In this document: positions 1 through 7,770 of the stretch, one piece after another
How the letters are laid out: every line of letters begins with the position of its first letter
Numbering within the stretch: the stretch's first letter is position 1
From: an uncultured Dehalococcoidia bacterium
GTDB taxonomy: Bacteria; Chloroflexota; Dehalococcoidia; Lucifugimonadales; UBA3495
Reading direction: 5' to 3'
NCBI GenBank assembly: GCA_950072105.1
Contig: CATMOE010000036.1
Span: forward strand, 1 to 37,615
DNA length: 37,615 bases
Notes under the pieces: generated by a model
Seen by the model: only the letters and a program-made list of their open reading frames with translations
Database searches by the model: none
Told to the model about the DNA's origin: nothing
Program-made: the position numbers and the translations under genes

Positions 1-35
1 TCATCTTGGGCCGCCTAGTGGGAACAGTGGCGAGG

Positions 36-2270
36 TCACTTTTTATTCAGTGCGGCAAGCACTTTCTCCGACGTGATGGGCAGGTCTAGGATCCGAACCC
101 CCACGGCGTCGAAGATGGCGTTAGCGATGGCCGGCGCCACCGGTGGCAGGGGTTGCTCTCCGATGGTTTTCGCCCCAAAGGGGCCATTGCCCCCCGGAGA
201 ATCTACCAGAACCGTTACCAGTTCAGGTATGTCCTGAATATTTGGTGTCTTCACGTCGCCCATGCTGAGGGTCGAGATATGTCCTTTTTCTGACAGCAAT
301 TCCTCCATCAGGGCAAATCCCACCCCCTGGATCACCGCCCCGTCGATCTGTCCTTGATGCGTGATCGGGTTGTGGATAGTTCCTACATCGTGGGCCGTCA
401 CGAACTTTTGCAGCTTTACCTCTCCGGTTTCCGGGTCTACCGTAACCTCGGCCACCTGGGCGCAGAAGCAAGTCACGTCCGGTTCTTTGGCCTCCGTGGT
501 CTTAGAGAATGAGATGTGCTCTCCGGTTCCGGCGACGACTTTGGAGGCCAACTCCTGGATCGAAATCCCACGTTCAGCGTCGCCCTCAACGAAAACCCGG
601 CCTCCCCGGAATTTGATCCGTTCTTCGGGCCATCCGTAGAATTCGGCAGCCATGAGGGTGAGGTGGTTGCGAACACCTTCGGCGGCTCCCAGGGCAGCGC
701 CGGTCCCGCCCACGCTGCTGCCGCTTCCAGACCCGCTGTCGGTGGGCCCGCCGTCCGTGTCCATCTGAACGGCCCTCACATGTTCTACCGGGATACCCAG
801 GTCCTCCGCCACTACCTGCCGGCCGACGGTGTGAATACCCGTGCCCGTTTCTGGCACCAACGTGTGGTAGGTTACTTGGGCATTCTCGTCCATCGTCACC
901 TTCGCCGAGTAGACGCTTTGGCCCTGGGGGCGTTGGCCCAAGGATATGCCCCGCCCAACATATGGCCCTGATTTTGCAGAACCCCAATCGGCAGCCTCGG
1001 CAACCGCCTTCAATGTCTCCTCTCCCCGCACGTTGTTGTAATGGGCTCCGGTAGCACACATCTGGCCGTCGCGAACCACATTCTTAAGCCGCATTTCGTA
1101 CGGGTCTATGCCCATCTCCCGGGCGATCATATCGGTGTGAGATTCCACCGCGAACGCCACCTGGGGTTGTCCCGGCGCCCGATAGGAACCGCAGGGCACG
1201 TTGTTGGTGTAGATCATATAGCTGTCGATCTTAAAATTAGGTATGTGGTACTGTCCCCCGGCAGCATCGCGGCTGCCTGCCAGACCGGGGCGGCCTCTGA
1301 AGCCGCAGTAAGCTCCCCCGTTGTACACTACCCGGCTTTCCCGCGCCACGAATGTTCCGTCGTTCTTTACGCCGGTCTTGATGGTGATCACGGAAGGATG
1401 CCTTGGGTTGCCGGCCACCAGCTCTTCGATATAACTCATAATCATCTTTACCGGCCGGCCGCTGCTCCGGGACAGGAAATAGGCCAACGGAACGTTCATC
1501 GCCGGGGACTTACCACCGAAGTCGCCGCCGATACCACATGGGTTGACTAGTATCTGGTCCTCGGATAATCCCAGCGCGTCAGCCAACTGTCTTCTCAAGG
1601 TGTAGGGAACTTTGTTGTTCGCCCAGACCTGGACACGCCCGGCATCGTCGATGTCCACCACGCAAGAATACGGTTCCATGTAACCTTGGTGTACCCATGT
1701 GGTGGAAAAGGTATGTTCGAAGATCTGGTCCGACTCACTGAATCCCTGTTCCACGTCCCCACTAGACCATGTTGAATGGTTCAGGATATTGCCTTGGGGC
1801 TGGACGGGACCCGATGTGCTCTCAAAAACCGGCGAGCCGGCGTGGACGTGGGGCGCTCCGGGTTCCATGGCTTCAACCGGGTCGAATACAGCGGGCAGAG
1901 GCTCATATTCTACGTCGATCATTAGGAGGGCTTCTTCCGCTAGGTCGGGGTCGTCGGCTGCCACGGCCGCTACCTTCTCTCCCACGAATCGGACCTCACC
2001 CTCGGCTAGCAGCGGTACGTCGCGCACACTCCTTCCTATCCGCATGCCAAGGGTGTCTTGACCCGTGATGACGGCGTGGACTCCCGGCATCGCCAGCGCT
2101 TTCGAGGCGTCAATCTTGACTAATCTGGCGTGAGGAAAAGGACTTCTCAACACCTTGCCCCAGATCATTCCGGGCAACGTAACGTCAGCGGAGTATTGAA
2201 AATTGCCCGACACTTTGTCGGGACCTTCCTGCCTGGTAACCGGTTTCCCCACGACTTCATATGTCGTCAT
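36..2270 (-). CDS. Xanthine dehydrogenase/CoxL-family molybdopterin-binding large subunit
   Basis: 744 aa. Family motifs KVSG..QY..D, LRSPFPHA, GGDFGGK, YRAPG, HDVG..HNP...GQIDGA..QG.G and GAKTIGE. Lacks the CO dehydrogenase loop AYxCSFR/AYxGAGR. Confidence 0.92.
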   Translation of the reverse strand: MTTYEVVGKPVTRQEGPDKVSGNFQYSADVTLPGMIWGKVLRSPFPHARLVKIDASKALAMPGVHAVITGQDTLGMRIGRSVRDVPLLAEGEVRFVGEKVAAVAADDPDLAEEALLMIDVEYEPLPAVFDPVEAMEPGAPHVHAGSPVFESTSGPVQPQGNILNHSTWSSGDVEQGFSESDQIFEHTFSTTWVHQGYMEPYSCVVDIDDAGRVQVWANNKVPYTLRRQLADALGLSEDQILVNPCGIGGDFGGKSPAMNVPLAYFLSRSSGRPVKMIMSYIEELVAGNPRHPSVITIKTGVKNDGTFVARESRVVYNGGAYCGFRGRPGLAGSRDAAGGQYHIPNFKIDSYMIYTNNVPCGSYRAPGQPQVAFAVESHTDMIAREMGIDPYEMRLKNVVRDGQMCATGAHYNNVRGEETLKAVAEAADWGSAKSGPYVGRGISLGQRPQGQSVYSAKVTMDENAQVTYHTLVPETGTGIHTVGRQVVAEDLGIPVEHVRAVQMDTDGGPTDSGSGSGSSVGGTGAALGAAEGVRNHLTLMAAEFYGWPEERIKFRGGRVFVEGDAERGISIQELASKVVAGTGEHISFSKTTEAKEPDVTCFCAQVAEVTVDPETGEVKLQKFVTAHDVGTIHNPITHQGQIDGAVIQGVGFALMEELLSEKGHISTLSMGDVKTPNIQDIPELVTVLVDSPGGNGPFGAKTIGEQPLPPVAPAIANAIFDAVGVRILDLPITSEKVLAALNKK

Positions 2271-2302
2271 CTCGCAATTTCCTCGCCATTGAGCTTTGGC
2301 CC

Positions 2303-2331
2303 AGTATAGCAGTAGAAACTGAGGCCGTCAC
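2303..2331 (-). promoter_or_regulatory. Putative sigma70 promoter for the Mo-subunit gene
   Basis: Minus strand reads GTGACG-17 nt-TATACT, with TGn directly before the -10. Confidence 0.55.
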
Positions 2332-2350
2332 AATGCTGCCGGCGGGATGT

Positions 2351-2379
2351 TTGCCGCGGCGTCTTTCGGTGGGTATCAT
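2351..2379 (+). promoter_or_regulatory. Putative sigma70 promoter for the genes starting at 2422
   Basis: TTGCCG-17 nt-TATCAT, divergent from the minus-strand promoter. Confidence 0.55.
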
Positions 2380-2421
2380 TGCTGTTGTCTAAGATAGTTT
2401 CCCCCAGAGGAGCAGCAGGCC

Positions 2422-3096
2422 GTGGTAGAGAAAAAGGGCACAGCGTTGTTGATGGTCTTTGTTGACATCGACTCCGAGCACGACGCGGACTTTAACGCCT
2501 GGTATAACGATGAGCATGTCGGTGATCTGATGAAGTTTCCGGGTTTTCTGAACTTCGCCAGGTATCAGGCTCTGAAGGGCAGCCCCCGCTATCTGGCTAT
2601 GTACGAACTGGAGTCGGTGGGAGCACTTGAATCGGAGGAGTACCTGAACTTCCGCCGCAACCCTTCGGAGTGGACCCAGCGAATCGCGCTTTCGACCAAG
2701 GGCCGCAACTATTCCCGCATCGTCTGCACCCAGATATACCCTAAGGAAAACGATTCCCACGTGCTGGGACGGGGCATGGCTCCGGCTATCCAGGTAGGCC
2801 GGATGGAGGTCCCCGCGGAGATCGAGGCCAAGTACAACGAGTATTACGACAATGTACGGACGCCGGCCAACCTGGAACTTCCAGGGTGCATCGCTGTCCG
2901 ACGTTACCACGCGGTGGAAGGTGGCCCCAAGTATACGACGGTGTATGAATTCGAACACGAGACCGTGCCCGAGAGTCAGGCTTGGCGGAACCGTAGCGCC
3001 CAGGACGGGATGCACGATTACATCGGCGGCGTCTACGGCCACGCACCGGGATCGCCTGGGGTATACCGCCGCATATTTCCAAGTAGGACTTTCTAA
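2422..3096 (+). CDS. Tandem EthD/DUF4286-like (dimeric alpha-beta barrel) protein
   Basis: Two similar halves: 'FNAWYNDEHVGDLMKFPGFLNFARY..YLAMYELES' and 'YNEYYDNVRTPANLELPGCIAVRRY..YTTVYEFEH'. GAGGAG RBS before a GTG start. Confidence 0.75.
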   Translation: MVEKKGTALLMVFVDIDSEHDADFNAWYNDEHVGDLMKFPGFLNFARYQALKGSPRYLAMYELESVGALESEEYLNFRRNPSEWTQRIALSTKGRNYSRIVCTQIYPKENDSHVLGRGMAPAIQVGRMEVPAEIEAKYNEYYDNVRTPANLELPGCIAVRRYHAVEGGPKYTTVYEFEHETVPESQAWRNRSAQDGMHDYIGGVYGHAPGSPGVYRRIFPSRTF

Positions 3097-3144
3097 AAAG
3101 GCGCGAACGAGATCTTATAAATGATCGATGGAGGTAGTCAGCCC

Positions 3145-4044
3145 ATGACGACTGTAGGGAACGGGGAATACACTTACGAATTGATTGAAAGCTGGGCCAA
3201 GTTGCCCGCGGGCGAAACCTTTGGCATGGTGAGCGCCGTGGCAACCGATTCTCAGGACCGGGTATACGCCTTTCAGCGAAAAGATCCGCCGATAGTGGTC
3301 TTTAATCGCGACGGTAGTTACGTGGGTTCATGGGGCCTGGGCGCGATCACCAATCCCCATGGAATATTCATCAAAGACGACATCGTTTACGTTACCGATC
3401 GCGAGGACTCGGTTTGCCTGCGTTTTACGTTGGACGGCAAGCCTTTGCAAGTTATTGGAGAGCGGGGCGTTCACTCGGACACCGGCTGCGAAGTGCCAGG
3501 CACATTGGTGCCCAGGGCTGCCGGTCCCTTCAACTATCCGGCGGAGTTGGTGCCCTCGCCGTGGGGCGACATGTACGTGGCTGACGGATACCGGAACGCC
3601 CGGGTACACCGGTTCGCGGCCAACGGTCAGCTCAAGGCGTCTTGGGGAGAACCCGGCAAAGGCGGCGCGAACCAGTTCCACTTGGTCCATAGCATGATGG
3701 TCGGCGCTGACGATCTGCTGTACGTCTGTGACCGGGAGAACAACCGCATTCAGATCTTCGACCGGGATGGGGAGTTCGTTGGAATGTGGACCGATCTGCT
3801 GAGGCCCATGGACATTTCTCAGAGTCCGGATGGTGTCTTCTGTATCAGTGAAGGCGGCAACGACGCCCGTCAGGGTCACACCGAGGACACCGACTCGCGG
3901 ATCAGCCTGATGAATAAAGAAGGTACTCTGTTGGCCCGATGGATAATTCGAGGTGGCCACGGCAGTTGGATAGACGCCAACGGAGACATCTACGTGGGCG
4001 TGCCGGATGGTGTAGGAGTTGATAAGTTCGTGCGCCAAGGTTAA
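3145..4044 (+). CDS. NHL-repeat beta-propeller, peptidyl-alpha-hydroxyglycine alpha-amidating lyase-like family
   Basis: NHL motifs PHGIFI, FNYP, MYVADGYRNARVHRF and YVCDRENNRIQIF. GGAGGT RBS at 3130 favours the ATG at 3145. Confidence 0.85.
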   Translation: MTTVGNGEYTYELIESWAKLPAGETFGMVSAVATDSQDRVYAFQRKDPPIVVFNRDGSYVGSWGLGAITNPHGIFIKDDIVYVTDREDSVCLRFTLDGKPLQVIGERGVHSDTGCEVPGTLVPRAAGPFNYPAELVPSPWGDMYVADGYRNARVHRFAANGQLKASWGEPGKGGANQFHLVHSMMVGADDLLYVCDRENNRIQIFDRDGEFVGMWTDLLRPMDISQSPDGVFCISEGGNDARQGHTEDTDSRISLMNKEGTLLARWIIRGGHGSWIDANGDIYVGVPDGVGVDKFVRQG

Positions 4045-4088
4045 TCAATCATAAATCAATGTCGTAGACCGTTGAACGGATCAATCGC

Positions 4089-5246
4089 ATGAGCCAAACC
4101 CTATTTATCGACGACCAGCAAAGCTGGGACCGCGTCGCTGAGGCGTTGGCGTCGGAGCCTTTGCTGGCCCTGGACACCGAATCCAACAGCTTGCATGCCT
4201 ACCGAGAGAAAGTTTGCCTGATCCAGATCTCGGCCGGTGAGGACATTTTCTTGCTGGACCCATTGGCCGTCGCCGACCTGTCCGCCTTGGGAAATCTGTT
4301 GGCCAACCCTTCGATAACTATAGTTGCCCATGGCTCTGACTACGACGTGCGGTGTCTGCATCGGGACTATGGGTTCACGATTAGGTCCCTATTCGACACT
4401 GAGTTGGCGGCGAGATTGCTGGGGATACCCAGGACGAACCTGTCCTCGGTGCTCGAGGGCATCCTGGGAGTGGGGATCCCCAAGAGCCGGGCTTTACAAA
4501 CCTCGGACTGGGGCCGCCGGCCTCTGAGCCAGCCGGCGGTGGAGTACGCGGCGGGTGACGTGCAGTACCTGCCGAAATTGGCCGGTGATCTGCAGGGGCG
4601 TCTGGCAACACTTCGGCGTCTGGATTGGGTTACGGAGGAATGTCAAAGGCTGGAACAGGTCCGCCAGTCACCTCCCGATCCGCCGGAGACGGCGATGTTG
4701 CGCGTCAAGGGGAGCAGCCGGTTAGGGCCCCGGGACCTGGCGGTGCTCAAAGAGCTATTCCTATTTCGAGAGGAGGAGGCGAGGCGGATGGACTGTCCGC
4801 CCTTCCGGGTGTTGACCAACGAGGCGTTGCTCACCCTGGCCGGCTCACCGGATATGGAACTTCATCAGGTCCGTGGCCTACCCGGCGGGATAGCGAGACG
4901 GTCGGGAGGCCTGATCCGGGAAGCGATCCAGCGAGGAACAACCGGACCAGAAGTGCAGCGGCCTTGGCGTCCCAGGGACAATCCCTGGGGACCAGAATCT
5001 AACGCCAGGTTGCGATCGCTCAAAGCGTGGCGAATCCGGCAGGGGGATTCTCTGGGCCTGGACCCGTCTTTGCTCTGGCCCGCCGTTAGCCTGGAGCGTT
5101 TGGCCCTTCACTGGAATGGATCGGCTGCCCAATATATAGACGGTGGTGCGCACGAGGTGCGTGATTGGCAACGCCGGGAGTTTTCTGAAGAACTCCGAAC
5201 AGCCCTGGTTCAGGCCTACGAAGCGGAAGATGCCGGTCCGGCTTGA
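4089..5246 (+). CDS. rnd: Ribonuclease D (DEDDy 3'-5' exonuclease with HRDC domains)
   Basis: LALDTESNS..Y..KVCLIQIS, HG.DYD, LFDT, QTSDW..RPL, YAAGD and an HRDC region (RE..AR..D.PPFRVL). Confidence 0.88.
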   Translation: MSQTLFIDDQQSWDRVAEALASEPLLALDTESNSLHAYREKVCLIQISAGEDIFLLDPLAVADLSALGNLLANPSITIVAHGSDYDVRCLHRDYGFTIRSLFDTELAARLLGIPRTNLSSVLEGILGVGIPKSRALQTSDWGRRPLSQPAVEYAAGDVQYLPKLAGDLQGRLATLRRLDWVTEECQRLEQVRQSPPDPPETAMLRVKGSSRLGPRDLAVLKELFLFREEEARRMDCPPFRVLTNEALLTLAGSPDMELHQVRGLPGGIARRSGGLIREAIQRGTTGPEVQRPWRPRDNPWGPESNARLRSLKAWRIRQGDSLGLDPSLLWPAVSLERLALHWNGSAAQYIDGGAHEVRDWQRREFSEELRTALVQAYEAEDAGPA

Positions 5247-5499
5247 TTCCCTGACTCACTTGCGCTCTGAGGCTGCTCAGCCGCCGAGGACCGTCATCCT
5301 CACGCGGGGCTGGCGCTCATCGCTGGCTTACCAAACTCAGATCAAAGAACAGCTGTTTGTCCTCGGTATTTGTTTGCTTGATCTTTGGCAGATATCAGCG
5401 GACGCAACCGATCTAGTCGAAGGGTGCATTCGAGAGTTCGCAGAGAACGCTCTTTGAAATAATCCTGATCGGGCAACCGGTAGAGTAAGGTCGTATTTC

Positions 5500-6510
5500 A
5501 TGAAATTCGGGATATATAGCTCCATTGCCAACCCGCCTCGCGGAGAGGATTTGCCCAGATGCGTGGACGAAGTTATAGAAGAGGCGCGCTTGGCCGAACA
5601 AGCCGGATTCGACTCGTGCTTTTTTGGGGAACATCATCAGGACAGGGATGGGTTCCTCCCGTCACCGTTGATCGTGTGTACCGCCGTGGCGGCATCCACC
5701 ACCACATTGAGGGTGGGTACATCGGTGATTCTGTTGCCATTGCACCATCCCGTCCGCCTGGCCGAAGATGTGGTCACCTTGGACATCATCTCCAAGGGCC
5801 GGGTCACCGTTGGGGTTGGCTTGGGCTACCAACCGGCGGATTTTCAGGCGTTTGGCATCACGATGTCGGACCGGGTGGAGCTGTTTGAGGAAAAGATCGA
5901 GATTCTGCGGAACTGCTGGTCGGGCCAGGAATTTTCGTATGAAGGCAAACACCACAGCATTAAAAACCTCAGGGTACGACCGGACACGGTGCAGTCACCC
6001 CATCCTCCCCTTTGGATCGGCGGAGGGGCGCCGGTGAGCGCGCGGCGAGCCGGTACTTTGGGGGATGCGTTTGTTTCTACGCCCAGCACCACACTGCAAA
6101 ACACTTGCCGGTTGATAGACCAGTACCGCCGGTCAGCCGATGCCGCGGGCAAAAAGCCGGAAGTCGTCATCATGCGGGACGCTTGGGTGGCGGGATCCAG
6201 AAAGGAAGCTGAAGAAGTTTACGGGCCAGAGGTTTTGGCGGCGTACCGGTACTATTGGCGGAACGGGCTATCCGAATTCAAGTCCATAAAAGATGAATCC
6301 GAATTGACCCTCGATCGAATCGCCAAAGACCGCTTGATCCTAGGTGACCCCGAAGAATGCCTGACTGAATTTCAAAGATGGCAGGAAGCGACCGGCGCCG
6401 AAACCTGTCTGCTGCGGCTGCGACACGCCCATTCGGGAGGACCGTCCCACGGCCAGATCATGAAAACCATCGACCTGATCGGAGATCGAATAATCCCGTA
6501 TTGCGATTGA
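5500..6510 (+). CDS. LLM-class (luciferase-like) flavin-dependent oxidoreductase
   Basis: GFDSCFFGEHH, PSPL, LPLHHPVRLAED..TLD..SKGR..VGVGLGY and PHPPLWIGG. Confidence 0.92.
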   Translation: MKFGIYSSIANPPRGEDLPRCVDEVIEEARLAEQAGFDSCFFGEHHQDRDGFLPSPLIVCTAVAASTTTLRVGTSVILLPLHHPVRLAEDVVTLDIISKGRVTVGVGLGYQPADFQAFGITMSDRVELFEEKIEILRNCWSGQEFSYEGKHHSIKNLRVRPDTVQSPHPPLWIGGGAPVSARRAGTLGDAFVSTPSTTLQNTCRLIDQYRRSADAAGKKPEVVIMRDAWVAGSRKEAEEVYGPEVLAAYRYYWRNGLSEFKSIKDESELTLDRIAKDRLILGDPEECLTEFQRWQEATGAETCLLRLRHAHSGGPSHGQIMKTIDLIGDRIIPYCD

Positions 6511-6567
6511 TGAGGCGAATGGCCGTCTCGGCGGAATTCTGCGGCTCTCAGCCGCGGGCCAGGTATG

Positions 6568-6600
6568 AAGAAAGCCCCGGTTTACCGGGGCTTTCTTTTA
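6568..6600. terminator. Probably bidirectional intrinsic terminator
   Basis: Perfect inverted repeat AAGAAAGCCCCGGT-TT-ACCGGGGCTTTCTT with A/T-rich flanks, between convergent genes. Confidence 0.85.
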
Positions 6601-6671
6601 TCATTCTGCCTAGAGTATGGTTCGTCTGCCCTAGACGCGGGTTCGGGATTGCTGGTGGGTATCGGGGTTCT

Positions 6672-7529
6672 TTAACCGAGCTGCTTGGCGATGAAATCCG
6701 TAACCACCTTTACAAACTCGTCTACCTCCGGGCCTGCCTCCCTAGCCCAGCCGTGGCCTTTACCCTGCCAGGGCACCAGTTGGGCCTGTCCTCCGGCGGC
6801 GTTGTAAGCGGCGACGAATCTCTCGGACGCCTCGATCGGCATCACGTCGTCCGCAGTGCCGTGCATGACCAAGGCTGGAGATAACGTTATCTTCTCGCCA
6901 CTTTCGATGACGTTCAAAGGGGTGGACTCGTGCATCGCTTCGTCGCCCTGGAAGAACATGTGATGCTTTTCCATCAACTCTGTGTTGCCATTTGCCTTGG
7001 CGATCTCGTACCTGAAGAATGGTTCGATGACCGGCCAGCACGAGATCGTGAAGGCCAATTTAGCGTCGGCCGGAGACGATCCTTCCAGGGGCAGGGCCGA
7101 GTATCTGGGATCATTGATGCGCATGGCGGCTAGGGGTAGAGTGTGTCCGCCGCTGGAGTAGCCGATCCCGCCCACTGCATCCGGGTCACCGTTGAAATCG
7201 CCGGCATGGGCTTTAAGCCAACGGACGCCATAATGAATGTCCTGGAGTTGCAAGGGGTAAGGGAACCCGGCGCCGACCCGCTGGCCGATGGAGGCGACAA
7301 CCAGGCCGGTGGCGGCAAGTGGTTTGCTGGTGGATGCGTAATCGGTGTGGTCTTTGTCGGTCCAGGCCCCACCGTGGATGCTCAAAAGCAAAGGGAAAGG
7401 CCCAGGGCCTTCGGGCTGGTAGATCCGGACCTGACGGGTTACGCCGCCGACGTTGAGGTACTCCAAGTCATGCTCTCGTACTTCGTAGGACGCCGAAGGG
7501 TCGTACCGGTATGCCTTTTTGGTAGTCAA
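6672..7529 (-). CDS. Alpha/beta hydrolase (HSL-like esterase family)
   Basis: HGGAW oxyanion motif, GYSSGG nucleophile, HGTADD and GHGW. GAGGAG RBS before a TTG start. Confidence 0.88.
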   Translation of the reverse strand: MTTKKAYRYDPSASYEVREHDLEYLNVGGVTRQVRIYQPEGPGPFPLLLSIHGGAWTDKDHTDYASTSKPLAATGLVVASIGQRVGAGFPYPLQLQDIHYGVRWLKAHAGDFNGDPDAVGGIGYSSGGHTLPLAAMRINDPRYSALPLEGSSPADAKLAFTISCWPVIEPFFRYEIAKANGNTELMEKHHMFFQGDEAMHESTPLNVIESGEKITLSPALVMHGTADDVMPIEASERFVAAYNAAGGQAQLVPWQGKGHGWAREAGPEVDEFVKVVTDFIAKQLG

Positions 7530-7681
7530 GGGCTATCTCCTCATAAGATGTGTACTTCCTAGATCGATCCGGTTTGCTCGAATTTGTGCCGCATCGGGTT
7601 GACGCGAACCATAAGATTGTGTTCTGGGCGCGGCCTCCTCAGGAAAAGGCCGGAATCACTTCCCCCAACTCCACGGAACTC

Positions 7682-7744
7682 TTACGCGGTCATCACTTCC
7701 AAAAGATGGCCGTTGAGCTCCCGGAAATATAGGGCCTTGCCATG
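7682..7744 (-). pseudogene. Remnant C-terminus of a VOC/glyoxalase-family gene
   Basis: Minus strand reads HGKALYFRELNGHLLEVMTA*, matching the VOC terminal motif G..LYF.DP.G..LE. No start codon; an in-frame stop lies five codons upstream. Confidence 0.55.
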
Positions 7745-7770
7745 AGAGGCCTCATTTTAGCCTAAATCGA

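Noticed and set aside
26..2291. Short inverted match flanking the first gene (CAGTGGCGAGG / CCTCGCCATTG) as mobile-element ends
   Set aside because: Only about 10 bp, overlaps the RBS, and there is no transposase or target-site duplication. Consistent with chance.
6508..6513. TGA-TGA after ...YCD as selenocysteine readthrough
   Set aside because: The LLM is already full length, and a tandem stop followed by a terminator is ordinary.
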